Assembly: GCA_040755855.1 (NCBI GenBank)
Contig: JBFMAD010000001.1
Span: 128,001 to 192,000 of the forward strand
Length of the DNA: 64,000 nucleotides
DNA from: Planctomycetota bacterium
GTDB taxonomy: Bacteria; Planctomycetota; Brocadiia; JAADGH01
Reading direction: 5' to 3'
Below, in pieces: positions 42,445 through 54,300 of the stretch; positions within the stretch are counted from its first letter, which is position 1; every line of letters begins with the position of its first letter. Under the pieces are notes generated by a model. That model ran no database searches, had not been told where the DNA came from, and was given only the letters and a program-made list of their open reading frames with translations. A program made the position numbers and the translations under genes.

Positions 42445-45400
42445 TTATTCCGGCGGAGAGAGGGGAAAGACGCCGGTGTGTTTTCCCTTATTCTCGTCGA
42501 GAAGGACGATCCTGAAATCGTAGGATTCCTTTGACTTTTCGAGGGGCCAGCCTGTGACAGTGTAGAGAATTTCCTGGCTTGTCGCATTGTCCAGGACCCG
42601 GAAGGGCAGCGCCAAGCTGCGGTCTCTATCCGGTTCCACTCCGGCAGGAAGCCAGTATTTGTTCACCGTGGGGGTCATTCGTTCCTTTCCGGAATCCAGC
42701 TCACCCCGAACGGCAATAATCTCCATTGGGGTCTCCGACGGATTGCTGATCGTGAGGCGACACTCGATCTGGGTGCCGTCCTTGGTTCGGGTCATCTTTG
42801 ATTCCTTCATGTGAATGACAAGCTGCGTCCCCGGTGTTGCGGTGGCCACCGCCGCCCCGGCCGACGCGGCTTCCGGCGCGGCTACGTGAGCGGCGACCTG
42901 CTCAAGGACGGACAGCCCCTCGCGCAGGAATTGAATCTCCTGAGCGATGGCGTCGGATTGAGACGGCGTTTCCTCCCGGGTCCCCTTTTCTGCTCGAAGC
43001 CTTTCCGTCTCTTCAAAGATTCGCGCCGTCACCTGGGCGATTTGCTCATCCATTCGCAAACGAATCTCATCCAGCCCGGTTCGGATCTCGTCCAATTGAC
43101 CTCGCAACTGTTCGGCAAGATGTTCGCTTCCCTGTCGTTCACCCAGGGAGTGCAATTCCTGCTCCATCACATCAACAGCTTGGCGAAGCAGGGCGAGTCG
43201 TTCGTCCATGATCTGGGCGGCGGCGGACGTTTTCTCGTCCACGCGGGACCGGATGCCGTCAATGGCCGCGGCGAATTCCTGCCGGATCGCATCAATTCGC
43301 TCCTGGGCCGATGAGACAGCCTCGGCTTCCGCCGTCCGCTCCCGAACGCTGTCGGCAAGTTCCCTGGCGGTGCGGCTGCCTTCATGTTCGATCGTCTCCA
43401 GCCGGTGGGCCTGCGCGTCCAGGGCGTTCTTCATTTCCTGGATCTGTTCTCTGCTTGCGGCGGAGAGTTGGTCAACGTGCTTGCGCAGATCGGACAATGC
43501 CTCTCCCTGCCGGGCGGAAATCTCCTCCACGTCTTCCGCCCCGGACGCTTTCCCGATGCTCAACTGGAGTTGGTTGATCCGGCGCTGAAGGTCGCTGATA
43601 GCATCGCTTGTCGCGTCCTTGGCAGCGGCGTCGGACAACCCCTTGCGCAGATCATCGAGGGCGTTCTCGATCTTTGAGATTCCCGCGACTTGCTCCTCGA
43701 TCTGCGAGAGCGCGTCAAGCCGCGTGCGAAGCCGGCCCACATCGTCTGCAACCGTCTTCTCCAGATCATTGATCCTGCCCTCGGCTTCGGATAGTCCTTT
43801 CACGGTCCTGGCGAGATGGTCTTGTTGATTTTGCAGATGCGAAAGTTGTTCTTCGACCGCCTTGCGGGTGGGAACTTCCTCGATCTGGACGGCAAGCGCT
43901 CCCAGTTCACCGGCGAGCTTGTCAATGCGTTCCGTATCCCGCGCGAGCGCGTCGAGCTTCTCGGCTACATCGGCCAACTTGTTCGAGAGGCCGTTGATCT
44001 TCCCCGCGTCCGCGGCCTGTTTTGCCAGCATTTCAACCTCGCTGATTTTCCGATGAACTTCCGCGACGGCATCCTCAAGGTCCTCCCTTGGCCCGGCCGT
44101 TTCGGAACGGGACTCGGCGGCCGCCAGTTTCTCCTCCACATCAGCCTTCCATTCCTCCATCTGCGAGGAGATGTCCTGCAAAGAGGTCAGCTCGCGCCTC
44201 AGCGATGAGAACTGGGACTTCGTCTCCGCGAGGTCTTTTCGAATCTGCTGCATCGAAGTGAGCGCCTCGCGGAGGGAGGACACCTCGTCGTCAATGGCGG
44301 CTACTTTTCGGGCGAGGTCGGGATCGCACTGGGCGCTCTTCTGCGCCTCGTCTACCTGGGCCTTCATCGTGGCGAGGGACGTGCGGAACGTCTCTTCGAG
44401 GTCGTCCGCCTTCCGCTGTGCACCGACAGAGAGCCGGGAAAGCTCCTCCGTGAGGGAGTCCACACGCTTTTCGATTAGGGCGAGCTGCGGCCTGATGTCG
44501 TCCTTCCGTGATAATTCCTGCAGACCGGAGCGCGCCTCCTCGACGTCGGCCCGGATGTCCGCAACGGCTTTTTCCGTCTCCTTCAGCCGCTCCAGGTCCC
44601 TCACTTTGTCTCCCATCTGGCCCAGTTGATCGCCCAGGGCCGCCACGTCGCGGCTGACCTCCGCAAATTTCTCTTTCACACTCCTTGCGAGTTTTTCGAC
44701 GTCGGCGACCTGTACGGCCTTGTCGAGGCGCCCCTTTATTTGCTCCACTTCATCCGCCATCTTGCTGTTCTGCAGGTCCTTCACGGCCTGCCGCATGGAC
44801 GCCACCTCCGCCATCATGCGATTGGCCATCTCCTGCAATTGAGCCGCGTTCACCCTCTCATCCAGGTCGGTCCGGAAGTCTTCTAACTTCTTGTCAATGT
44901 CCGTTCTGAGCGACAGGACCGTCTGGGCGTTCGGCATCCTGCTCATATCGGCCTGAAGCGCCTTGAACTGCGTCTTTAGGTCCTCTATGGAATCGCCAAG
45001 TTTCTTCTTCGTCGTTTGCAGCGTTTTTTGGACCTTTTCCGACGCCGTGTGGTCCTGCGCCAACTCTTTCAACTTGGCCACGTCGGCCGACAGGTCCTGG
45101 AGCCTGGCCAGCTCGCCGTTGAATCGCGCGATTTCATCGCGCGCGGCCGCCGCTGCTCCCACCTCCTGTTGGACGGCGGCGATTTCCTCTTTCGTGGCCT
45201 TGCAGTTCAGGTCGGCCTGGCTCTGGTTCAGCGCATCCTCCACGCGATGGAGGATTTCGGCCATCTCTCGAATTTTGCTCTCGCGGGATTGTTCATTTTG
45301 TTCGAGGGCCTCGACCTCCGCCGCCAGTTTCTTCAGCGCGACATCCGCTCCGCCCTCGCCCTGGCGCAGCTGCTGCTCGATCGCAGACAGGGCGGTGGAG

Positions 45401-45933
45401 AGTCTTTCGATCTCGGCGACCTGGACCTCGCCATCGCCCTTCTTCTTTCCAAGTTGGCCCACCGTGTCCTTGAGGAGGGACACCTCGCCCGCGAGTTTGT
45501 GAATGACCCCGATCTGGTCGCGGAGGCGGGCGATTTCGGCGCGAAGGGATTCCGGGGATACAGCAGATTGCTCTATGGCGGCAATCTGTTGTTTGAGTGC
45601 CTTAAGATCGGCGCTGCTGCGTTTCAGGTATTCTACGTCCCCGACAATCTGATCGAGGCGAGCGGCGACTTCGTGGACCTTCGCCAGGTCCACGGCGGGG
45701 GCTTGCTTGGCGCTCTCCACCTGCTCCGCGGCCTTGGGTGCGAATGGCCTGACCACCCAGAAGTAGCCTACGGTCAACCCGATGACGGCGAACCAGGCAA
45801 GGAAATCCGTCGCGTCAAGACGAGCGACGTTGCACCACATCGTAATAATAGCCAGAAGGTTGAGCACGGCCAGGAATCCGATGGGAATGGCCGTGTTCAA
45901 GAAATCGCTTTTATCGTTCGAAGGCATAGACAT
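42445..45933 (-). CDS. Large membrane-anchored coiled-coil protein
   Basis: Two N-terminal TM helices, ~900+ aa heptad-rich helix, C-terminal beta-rich domain; SD AGGAGG before MSMPSN. Confidence 0.8.
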   Translation of the reverse strand: MSMPSNDKSDFLNTAIPIGFLAVLNLLAIITMWCNVARLDATDFLAWFAVIGLTVGYFWVVRPFAPKAAEQVESAKQAPAVDLAKVHEVAARLDQIVGDVEYLKRSSADLKALKQQIAAIEQSAVSPESLRAEIARLRDQIGVIHKLAGEVSLLKDTVGQLGKKKGDGEVQVAEIERLSTALSAIEQQLRQGEGGADVALKKLAAEVEALEQNEQSRESKIREMAEILHRVEDALNQSQADLNCKATKEEIAAVQQEVGAAAAARDEIARFNGELARLQDLSADVAKLKELAQDHTASEKVQKTLQTTKKKLGDSIEDLKTQFKALQADMSRMPNAQTVLSLRTDIDKKLEDFRTDLDERVNAAQLQEMANRMMAEVASMRQAVKDLQNSKMADEVEQIKGRLDKAVQVADVEKLARSVKEKFAEVSRDVAALGDQLGQMGDKVRDLERLKETEKAVADIRADVEEARSGLQELSRKDDIRPQLALIEKRVDSLTEELSRLSVGAQRKADDLEETFRTSLATMKAQVDEAQKSAQCDPDLARKVAAIDDEVSSLREALTSMQQIRKDLAETKSQFSSLRRELTSLQDISSQMEEWKADVEEKLAAAESRSETAGPREDLEDAVAEVHRKISEVEMLAKQAADAGKINGLSNKLADVAEKLDALARDTERIDKLAGELGALAVQIEEVPTRKAVEEQLSHLQNQQDHLARTVKGLSEAEGRINDLEKTVADDVGRLRTRLDALSQIEEQVAGISKIENALDDLRKGLSDAAAKDATSDAISDLQRRINQLQLSIGKASGAEDVEEISARQGEALSDLRKHVDQLSAASREQIQEMKNALDAQAHRLETIEHEGSRTARELADSVRERTAEAEAVSSAQERIDAIRQEFAAAIDGIRSRVDEKTSAAAQIMDERLALLRQAVDVMEQELHSLGERQGSEHLAEQLRGQLDEIRTGLDEIRLRMDEQIAQVTARIFEETERLRAEKGTREETPSQSDAIAQEIQFLREGLSVLEQVAAHVAAPEAASAGAAVATATPGTQLVIHMKESKMTRTKDGTQIECRLTISNPSETPMEIIAVRGELDSGKERMTPTVNKYWLPAGVEPDRDRSLALPFRVLDNATSQEILYTVTGWPLEKSKESYDFRIVLLDENKGKHTGVFPLSPPE

Positions 45934-46136
45934 ACCCCTCCTAACACACTCCCCGTACATAAGAAGAAACCCTTGCGCCGTGTGGGTTTCGTAGCAACGC
46001 CATATCACAGAAGCGGATACGCGGCAAAAGTTTACCCCACGGATTCTGGCTTGTCAAGCGAAATGTGGATTTTTGGGTAATGCGCCAGGCGGTTGTATTT
46101 TTGCGAACGACGTTTCCTTCGGTCCGGCTTCTCGCC

Positions 46137-48071
46137 CTACGGTTGCGCGACGGGGAGCGTGAAGGTGAAGCGACTGCCCTTGCCGAGGTTGCTCTCGACC
46201 CACACTTTTCCCCCGTGCGCCTCGACGATGCTCTTGACGATGGCCAACCCCAGACCCGTTCCGGGGACGCCGATTACTTCCTTGCGGGAGACGCGGTAAA
46301 ACTTGTCAAACACCCGATCGAGGTCTTCTTCCGCGATGCCGATGCCGTTGTCGCTGACGCTGATTTCCACGGCCTCCACGGGAGAGGATCGCCGCCTGGC
46401 GCGAACCACGATCTCCGCCTTGCCATCGCTATATTTGATCGCATTGCCGATGAGATTCGAGATCACCTGGCGCAACTTTTCTGGGTCGGCAGAGACCGTC
46501 GGCAACGACTCCGCTATGTCGCTCACTATTGACACACGCTCGGCGTCGCTGACTGCGCGGCTTTCCTCAATCATCCGATGGAGCTGCTCGGCCACATCCA
46601 GGGGCATCTTGTCGAGCTGAAGTTGTCCGGCCTCAATCCGCGAGAAGTTGAGCAGGTCCTGGATAAGATTTGCAAGGCGGCTGGTATCGTCCTTCAGGAT
46701 GTTGAGGAGCGTGTCCACTTTGCCCTGGTCCTGGTCGGAGACGAATGCCTGGAGGGAGTCAATGGACCATTGAATGGAGGTGAGCGGCGTGCGCAGCTCA
46801 TGGGAGACGGTGTTCAGGAAATCCGTCTTCAGCCTGTCCAATTCGCGGAGGCGGATGTTTTGTTCCCTGAGTTTGTCCGTGTTTTCCTGAAGGGTGTCTT
46901 CAAGTCGCTTTCGTTCGGTAATATCCCGGACGATGTTCTGCACGACCTTGCGGTCTTCCTGTTCCAGGATGGTGGATGTGATGTCGGCGTAGAACACGGC
47001 GCCGTCTTGACGGGTGCAGGCGATGCCTTCCACCGCTTTTCTGCGCTGCGCGGCGTCGGCCGAAAAGGCGCCGGAGGCATGAAGGTCTGCTGCATTCATC
47101 GCAAGGAGTTCATCGCGCTGGAAGCCGAAGAGGCTGCAGAAAGCGGGATTGGCGTCGAGTACGCGGCCGGTCGCCGCGTCGCTGATAAGGATTCCTTCGC
47201 CGGCGGTCTTGAAGATCGCCTCGAACTTGCGCTCCGAAGCCCGTGCGGCGGCGATGTGTTCAAGGAACTGGTGGTGGATCCGTCTCATGTTGTGGACGAT
47301 CAGGGCCTTCTCGCAGATCGGCGGGATGTCGCGGATATGGAACGGTTTCTTGATGTAGTCATAGGCGCCGGCGCGCATGAGGTCCACGGCCAGCGCCTCA
47401 TCCCCGTGAGCGGTCATCATGATGAACATAATGTCCGGATGATGTCTGCGGGCCCACTGGAGGACGGCCATGCCGTCCATCTTCGGCATCTTGTAGTCGA
47501 GAAGCGCCAGCGGGGGGGCGAGCGTTTCGATGGCGGCCACGGCCTCCTCGCCGTTGCGGGCAATGCGCACATCGTAGCCCTCGCGCTTGAGGCAGTGCTC
47601 CAGGATCGTGCTGATGGAGACGTCGTCGTCCACGATGAGGACGTCTCGGCGAGGAGTGAGGAGGCCCTTCTTATCGCGGCTCACCGTAGCCGGGGCGAGC
47701 TGGGTGGAGACCAGGTCAACGAAGTCTTCCTCTTCGAATGGGACCTGGAGGAGAGCCAGCGCCCCGACATCGGCGGCAAGGCGCACGGCGGTGGCGTCGC
47801 GGTAGCTCGCGGAGGTCAGCAGAATGGGAATGTCATTGAACCTGCGGTACTCTTCGGACTTGATGACCCGGCACAACTGCCACCCGTCCATGATGGGCGC
47901 GTTCGCGTCGGCGATGATGAGAGAAGGAAGATCGGCCTCGATCTCCGCCAGCGCCGCGCCGCCATCGGCGCAGACGGAGAAATTGGTGTAGCCGTTTCGC
48001 TCCAAGGCGCTCATCATCCGGCGACTGACGGTCGGGTCGCTGTTGACAATGAGGATGCGCTTCGCCGCCAA
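46137..48071 (-). CDS. Cytoplasmic hybrid sensor histidine kinase (REC-REC-PAS-HisKA-HATPase)
   Basis: SHELRTPL H-box, [21 protein letters not shown]; two N-terminal receivers; no TM. Confidence 0.95.
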   Translation of the reverse strand: MAAKRILIVNSDPTVSRRMMSALERNGYTNFSVCADGGAALAEIEADLPSLIIADANAPIMDGWQLCRVIKSEEYRRFNDIPILLTSASYRDATAVRLAADVGALALLQVPFEEEDFVDLVSTQLAPATVSRDKKGLLTPRRDVLIVDDDVSISTILEHCLKREGYDVRIARNGEEAVAAIETLAPPLALLDYKMPKMDGMAVLQWARRHHPDIMFIMMTAHGDEALAVDLMRAGAYDYIKKPFHIRDIPPICEKALIVHNMRRIHHQFLEHIAAARASERKFEAIFKTAGEGILISDAATGRVLDANPAFCSLFGFQRDELLAMNAADLHASGAFSADAAQRRKAVEGIACTRQDGAVFYADITSTILEQEDRKVVQNIVRDITERKRLEDTLQENTDKLREQNIRLRELDRLKTDFLNTVSHELRTPLTSIQWSIDSLQAFVSDQDQGKVDTLLNILKDDTSRLANLIQDLLNFSRIEAGQLQLDKMPLDVAEQLHRMIEESRAVSDAERVSIVSDIAESLPTVSADPEKLRQVISNLIGNAIKYSDGKAEIVVRARRRSSPVEAVEISVSDNGIGIAEEDLDRVFDKFYRVSRKEVIGVPGTGLGLAIVKSIVEAHGGKVWVESNLGKGSRFTFTLPVAQP

Positions 48072-48119
48072 GGAACCTCTCCTCGTTCTCTATGGGGAAT
48101 AAGTCCGAGGCCCAGGGCT

Positions 48120-49493
48120 CTAACCGAAATCCTTGGCATTCATATTGAACTTCTTGAGCTTCCTCTGGAAGTTCTGCCACGCGATTCCGGCGCGTTTGGC
48201 CGCCGCGCTGATGTTCCCCTTGGTCTCTCGCAACAGGCCGGCGACATACTGCCGCTCAAACTCATCGCGGGCCTCCGCGAGCGACCGACTCAGGTCCACT
48301 GTCGGCCCCTCATCCCCGGGGGGCGGAGGCGCACCCATCCGCGGGAGGTGCGAGGGAAGGATCTCGCCTCCTTTGGACAGGATAACGGCGCGTTCAATGA
48401 CATTCTCGAGCTCGCGGACATTTCCGGGCCAGTCATGCGCCTTCAGGAAGATCATCGCATCGTCTGAGATCTTCGCCGGGCCCGCCTCGCTCCCGTATTT
48501 CTCAAGCAGATGTTGCACCAGCAGCGGGATGTCGTCCTTGCGCTCCTTCAGGAGGGGGAGACGAATCTCCACCACGTTCAGGCGGTAGTAGAGATCCTCC
48601 CGGAAGTTTCCCTTTTCCACCTCGGCGGTAAGGTCCCTATTCGTTGCCGCAATCAGTCGCACATTCACTTTAATGGGGGTCGTCGAGCCGACGCGGACAA
48701 TCTCCCGCTCCTGCAGCACGCGCAGCAATTTGGCCTGAATGGGCGGCGGGGTCTCGCCGACCTCGTCGAGGAAGAAGGTTCCGCCGTCCACGGCCTCAAA
48801 GGCGCCGATCTTCCGCGAATCGGCCCCGGTGAAGGCGCCCTTTTCGTGGCCGAACAGTTCGCTTTCAAACAGGTGTTCCGGTATTGCCGCGCAGTGGAGG
48901 CAATAGAGGCGCCTGTCGCCGCGGGGGCCGTTGTAATGGAGGGCGCGCGCCACCAGCTCCTTGCCCGTTCCGGTGGCGCCGACGATCAGCACCGTGCTGT
49001 CCTTCTCCACAACGCTCTCCATCATGGAGAAGACCTTCTGCATGGACGGACTGTTGCCGATAATACTGTCGAACTTATGCTTCGCCCGTAGCTGGCGCTT
49101 GAGTTCTTTGTTCTCCGTCGCGAGATTCCGGAAAGCGATGGCCCTCTTGATGTTCTCGCTCAATTCGTCGGCCGACGAGGGCTTCAGGATGTAGTCAAAG
49201 GCGCCCAACTGAATCGCCTTGACCGCGGCCTTCACATCGGCGTGGGCGGTGATCATGATGACCACGATCTCCGGGTGGGATTTCTTGACCCGGCTCAGCA
49301 CCTCCAGACCATCCAGGGGGGTCATCCGCACGTCGAGCAGCATGACATCAATGGCGCCGATGTCGCACGCCCCCAGCGCCTCCTGCCCGGTTGATGCGGT
49401 ATTGACGGCGTAGCCCATGCGCTCCAGGCCAATCTGGATGGCCTGAGCCACGTTGGGTTCGTCGTCAACAACTAACACCCTTGTTTGAGGCAC
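48120..49493 (-). CDS. sigma54-dependent response regulator (NtrC/PilR family)
   Basis: REC (VVDDE, LLD, KP), [33 protein letters not shown], Fis HTH. Confidence 0.96.
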   Translation of the reverse strand: MPQTRVLVVDDEPNVAQAIQIGLERMGYAVNTASTGQEALGACDIGAIDVMLLDVRMTPLDGLEVLSRVKKSHPEIVVIMITAHADVKAAVKAIQLGAFDYILKPSSADELSENIKRAIAFRNLATENKELKRQLRAKHKFDSIIGNSPSMQKVFSMMESVVEKDSTVLIVGATGTGKELVARALHYNGPRGDRRLYCLHCAAIPEHLFESELFGHEKGAFTGADSRKIGAFEAVDGGTFFLDEVGETPPPIQAKLLRVLQEREIVRVGSTTPIKVNVRLIAATNRDLTAEVEKGNFREDLYYRLNVVEIRLPLLKERKDDIPLLVQHLLEKYGSEAGPAKISDDAMIFLKAHDWPGNVRELENVIERAVILSKGGEILPSHLPRMGAPPPPGDEGPTVDLSRSLAEARDEFERQYVAGLLRETKGNISAAAKRAGIAWQNFQRKLKKFNMNAKDFG

Positions 49494-49872
49494 ACTTGCT
49501 CCTCTCTCCGGCGGTGAAACAGCCCTCGTAGTATTCTATCGCTTCGGAGGGAAAGAATCAAGCAGTTCTGCTGAATGCCTTGCAAACCCATTTCGGCGGA
49601 GAGACACGGGAGCGGTATATGCCCAAAGCGGGCTTGGCCCGCAATCCCGCCACGGGCGGGTTCTGCAAGTCTTTCCCCTACTGTTTGTGGGTAAAATTCA
49701 GACCAAATCGAAAAATTTCTATTTTACCCCACCAGCGTTCCGCAGGGAAAATCAAGGATGCTTTTCAGGTGATAAAACCCTATTTGGGCAATATCAACAT
49801 AATTATCCCACTATTATTGCCTTATTAACGCCATTTAATACCATATTAACCATATTTAATGGGTAATTGGAT

Positions 49873-49900
49873 TTGACTATCTGGAATGTAGTGCTATACT
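49873..49900 (+). promoter_or_regulatory. sigma70-type promoter of the pilin operon
   Basis: TTGACT-16 bp-TATACT with extended TG, preceded by AT-rich ~10-bp repeats. Confidence 0.55.
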
Positions 49901-50014
49901 ACTGACAGAGCAAAAAGATCTACTCCCGGGGACCTGAATTGGGAGTGCGTCGTCCTTTCTGTCGCATCAATTAACACCAACCATATGCACAGTCCAGAAA
50001 TGAGGCGAGACAAA

Positions 50015-51331
50015 ATGAGAAAAGAACATGGATCGGCTCTGTTCTTCACGCTCGTCGGAATTGTCGTCGTAACGGGACTCATCACTACAGGCACGATCAT
50101 CCTGCTCAACACCAGCACCATGGTCGAGCTTCAACTACGCACCCACGGCCAAGCCGTCAGCATCGCGAAGGCCGGCCTCGTGGAGGCGCTTTCCTGGTTT
50201 CGCCGGAATGCGCTCGAGAGCGAGTTTAATCCGCAACTTGATCTGGCCGCCTCCCCGCGCCCGATCAACGATACTGCTGACCCCTCCATGGGCATCGTTC
50301 GGGAGTTCCAGGTCAGCGAACGGGACGACTTGTGGGGCCGCTATGAAGTAAGGAAGCTCGGCACCTACAAGGTGGAGGACGTCTCCCTCGACCGATGCTA
50401 CACCGATCCCGGCGCAACCGAGGGCAACGGCCAGGCATGGTTGATTTACTCGGTAGGCTACATCTTCAAAAAGAAAGACCCCGACACCTATCAGACAACG
50501 GATTTCTACAGCGTCAAACCGGAGGCGGAAGGGGAGGAGCAGTACGCCGTGGATATGAACGCGGTGAAGGTCCTCTCCCGGGCCGTCGTGGCCACCGAGC
50601 TCCGCCGATTTATGATCCAACCCCCCGGCAACTCCGCCGTTTGCGCCCATCGCGGCTCCGCAATCACCATCGGGAGCAAGGGACGCGTCGTCGGCGGTGA
50701 CGGCGCGACCCTCCTCTACGCCCAGAGCACAGGAAGCCCCAGCATCTCCGGCGAGGTCAACGGTTCGTCGCAGACCGTCGGCCCCACACCCCCCGACACC
50801 GGCGACAGCAACAACAACAACATTTACGACGATTTCGAAATCCATCTCGTCTTCCCCAAAATGCACAAGTCGGAACTTCGGGCCATGGCCGATATCTATA
50901 CCACCGACTATACGGAACTCCCGAACCCGCTGCCGAACTATTCCCTCATCTACATTGACGGCGACGCCGTCTTCAGCCCCGGCGACTGGCCTGACGGAAG
51001 AAAGAAAAGGCTGGACGGTGTCGGAGTCCTGTTTGTGGACGGCAACCTCACCATCGAGGCGAGCTCCAATTCCATATATCGCGGCATGATCTATGTGACG
51101 GGCAACTATGTGCAGCAGGCGCCATCCCTCATCAGCGGCACCGTCATCACCTGCGGCTGGCAGGATACCAACCTGAACAACAAGTGGGACACGGGCGAAC
51201 CCTGCGCCACGGTCAACGTCTCCGGCGCGGGCGACTACTCCGAAATTGACTACGATGCGGATATCCTGCAGCGGGTGCAGGACATGATGTCCAACTATCG
51301 CTTCTCCCGTTCTATCTATGTGGTGGAATAA
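50015..51331 (+). CDS. PilX/GspK-like minor pilin
   Basis: MRKEHG|SALFFTLVGIVVV prepilin-like N-terminus lacking E5; QA..IAKAGL.EA PilX-N motif; C-terminal G.L.VDGNL...GMIYVTG beta-helix-like region. Confidence 0.8.
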   Translation: MRKEHGSALFFTLVGIVVVTGLITTGTIILLNTSTMVELQLRTHGQAVSIAKAGLVEALSWFRRNALESEFNPQLDLAASPRPINDTADPSMGIVREFQVSERDDLWGRYEVRKLGTYKVEDVSLDRCYTDPGATEGNGQAWLIYSVGYIFKKKDPDTYQTTDFYSVKPEAEGEEQYAVDMNAVKVLSRAVVATELRRFMIQPPGNSAVCAHRGSAITIGSKGRVVGGDGATLLYAQSTGSPSISGEVNGSSQTVGPTPPDTGDSNNNNIYDDFEIHLVFPKMHKSELRAMADIYTTDYTELPNPLPNYSLIYIDGDAVFSPGDWPDGRKKRLDGVGVLFVDGNLTIEASSNSIYRGMIYVTGNYVQQAPSLISGTVITCGWQDTNLNNKWDTGEPCATVNVSGAGDYSEIDYDADILQRVQDMMSNYRFSRSIYVVE

Positions 51332-51364
51332 TAAATTCCCGACCCCCTTGTGGAGGTGCATCCG

Positions 51365-54300
51365 ATGAAACGATTACGACTCGCGCCGAGCGCCGGCTTC
51401 ACGCTATTGGAAGTGATGATCTGCGTTGTCATGCTCGCCGTCACCTTCGTGGCGGCGGTAGGCTTTACCACCGGCGCATGGCGCTCCACGGAATCCAACG
51501 AGGACCGCGTCTTCGCCGTCCAGAAGGCCATCTCCATCCTGAACGAGATTCATTCCTTCCTCGAGACGCCCATCGAGGAGACCGATGGCGAGGGCAACAC
51601 CACCACCCGGGCGAAGACCATCATTGACTTGGACGCCCTTGACGACGGCGTCGTGACCACGCCCCTCCTTACCATCGAGGACGAGGTCACCGACCCCGGC
51701 CACGCCCTGAGCAACAACCTGCGCATGGAAGGCGAGCGTGATGATTGGGACAGCGGCGGCAAGACGGACTGGTGGAAATTCGAGCGACAGGTGATCGTCC
51801 GGCCCCTATACGAGCAGGGGATCATTGTCAGCCGCGATGTCCGAATCGTCCTTGTCAAGGTCTTCGGATACAGGAAAGACGGCCGCAAGGCCAGCCTCGC
51901 TGAGGTCGGCACGATTATGAGGACCACCGCCGAGGCCTACCCCACCACGCAGGTCTATGACGTCTATTGCATCGCCATTGACACCATCCCCGGCTGGTGG
52001 GTTTACATGTCTTACGTAAAACCCTTTATCGAGACCTGCCTGAAAGACCTCGAAAACCGGAACCCCGGCCTCGACATCCGGGAACACTGGATCACCAAGG
52101 CCGGCTACGGGCGCGACCCGGAATACGCCCCCTACTTCAACTCCGCCGCCGACTCCGAGCAACCTGTAGATCGCGTCTATTGGTACCCCAGCACGATGCC
52201 CGAGATCGTGACCGCGACAAACAGGGCCCGCGACGTGGACAAATACTACGCCCCAGATCGCGTCAAGGCCCGCATCAACGTAGATGAAGCCCTTCAAAAT
52301 GACTTTAACGCCGACAAGAACGCCTTCCCTTACGCCGTGGCCGACCAGTGGAACCATTCCCATCGCTTTACAGAGAACCGGGAATACTATGAAAAGCGCG
52401 GCGGGCGCGATGGAGAGGGCGAGCCGCCCTACAGCTACCTCCTCGACGATATGAGCCTGAACCCGGGCAACTACCTCAACGCCATCATCATCAACATCCA
52501 CGGCGAACTTATGCCCATCCCCCCCGTGCACAACTCCGCCGACGCAGCCAAAGACCCCGAGGACCACCCCGGCTGGCGCGTTGTCACCCATCCCGAAAAG
52601 ATCTGGACCGACAGCGACAACCCCGGCGACGCCGACGCAAACGGCACCCCCGACTGGGAAGACCCCAACGACCCGAACGCCTACATCAACCTCCGCGTGT
52701 ATGCCTGGGTGGCCCCCGGGCAGGACACCGCCGCCGGCGGCGCCCCATATCCCATGGCCAATGATGCCAACACCGTCAACCCCAACAAGCAGGGGTACTT
52801 CACCACCGATCCGAACAGCCATCCCAACACCCTTCTGCCCCTGGCAGGCATTGAATACATGCCCGGCGATGATCCCAGCGCAGCGGGCGGAAACAACGTC
52901 GCCAACAATAACGTGCCCATCACCCTTGCCATCGAGTTGGAAAAGCCCGGTGGAGAGATAGTTTCCTTAAACCTGGCCGATCCCTCCTTCCTCCCCGCCG
53001 ACTGCCCCAAGCCGAGGGTCTGGAAGGTCGAGGGCGGCTTCGACTTGGCCAAGGCCGACCCGGCGGACCCCACCCCCGCCCCGGATGGCCAGCAGGACGA
53101 TTACTGGGTTGCCGAGTGCCGCCTCTATGACGACATGACCCCCGGCCCCAACGGCGACGCGGTTCAGAAGTCCACCGTCGCCTATAATGGCGAGATGTAC
53201 GCCCGATTTGCCCCGGCAAATCCCGCCATAGGTCAGCCTGTGGATGCCGGCATCAGGAGCCAGCGCGGGATGTTCGGCGAGAACCGGCAGACCACCGTCC
53301 TCGAGCTCTACAACACCCCCCTCTACACCCCGCAGGTGTGCGCGCCAAACGGCGGCCCCAACTCCCTCAAGGGGCTCCTGAACCGCCGCGGCAGCGCCGG
53401 CACCCGGTGGCACCTCTACGAGATGGAGTACATCCCGTCCAGCCCCGACAACGGGATGTGGAGCGGCAGCGCCTTCACCAACGACTGGAGCGACAGCGCA
53501 GGCGTCTGCCCCTTCTATTATTCCGACAGCGACGGCGACGGGGACCTCGACAAACAAATCGCCACTACGGCCGCCCCCTGGAACAGCTTCCCGCTTTCCC
53601 TCCGAAGCCAGGGCCGGCCCCATCCCTACGTCCGGAACCTGGCCTGGCCCGGCTCGCCCGACGTCGTCTTCGCCAGAGGAAATTATACCAACGCCGCCAG
53701 CAATCAGACAAACAAGCTATCTCTGAGCGGAACCTCGTGGACCATTTCGGACGCCCACAGCGATGCGCACGACACCCGCGCCATCGTCGCGGGCGATGTT
53801 GACGGCGACGGCGACATGGATTTCATCGCCGGAAACTGGAGTACCAGCCAGCGACTGCGACTCTATCGAAACGACGGGTTCGGCGCCTTTACCGGCTCCA
53901 ATGCTGGCGACTTGTCAAACAAAACCACCGCCCTCGCCCTGGCCGACCTGGACGGCGACGGGGCGCTTGACATTGTCGAGGGCAACGGCGGAGCCAGCAA
54001 TCAGGACCTGAGCGCAGCCAACTACGTTTACTATGGCCAGTTCACGGATAACGGCGGCACCGCCGCCTTCGAACCCCATCTGGGCGACGTGTGGACCGGG
54101 TTCGAGAACGGGGTGGACATTGACGGCGGCACGAACCGCGACACGCGCGCCATCGCCGTGGGCGATGTGGACGGCGACCACGACCTGGACATCGTCGCCG
54201 GCAACGGCGCCCAGGTGAGCAGCGCCGGCCAGTTGAGCGTCGTTTACCTGAATAACGGCGACGGCACGTTTGCCGCGCCGGCGGACATCGGCTCCGCGGT

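Noticed and set aside
42445..45933. SMC or chemoreceptor call for the coiled-coil protein
   Set aside because: No Walker A/B, hinge or MCP hairpin signature
49494..50014. sigma54 -24/-12 promoter for the pilin operon
   Set aside because: Candidate GG...GC pairs (e.g. TGGAATGTAGTGC, TGGCCCGCAATCCCGC) do not have the required 10-nt spacing
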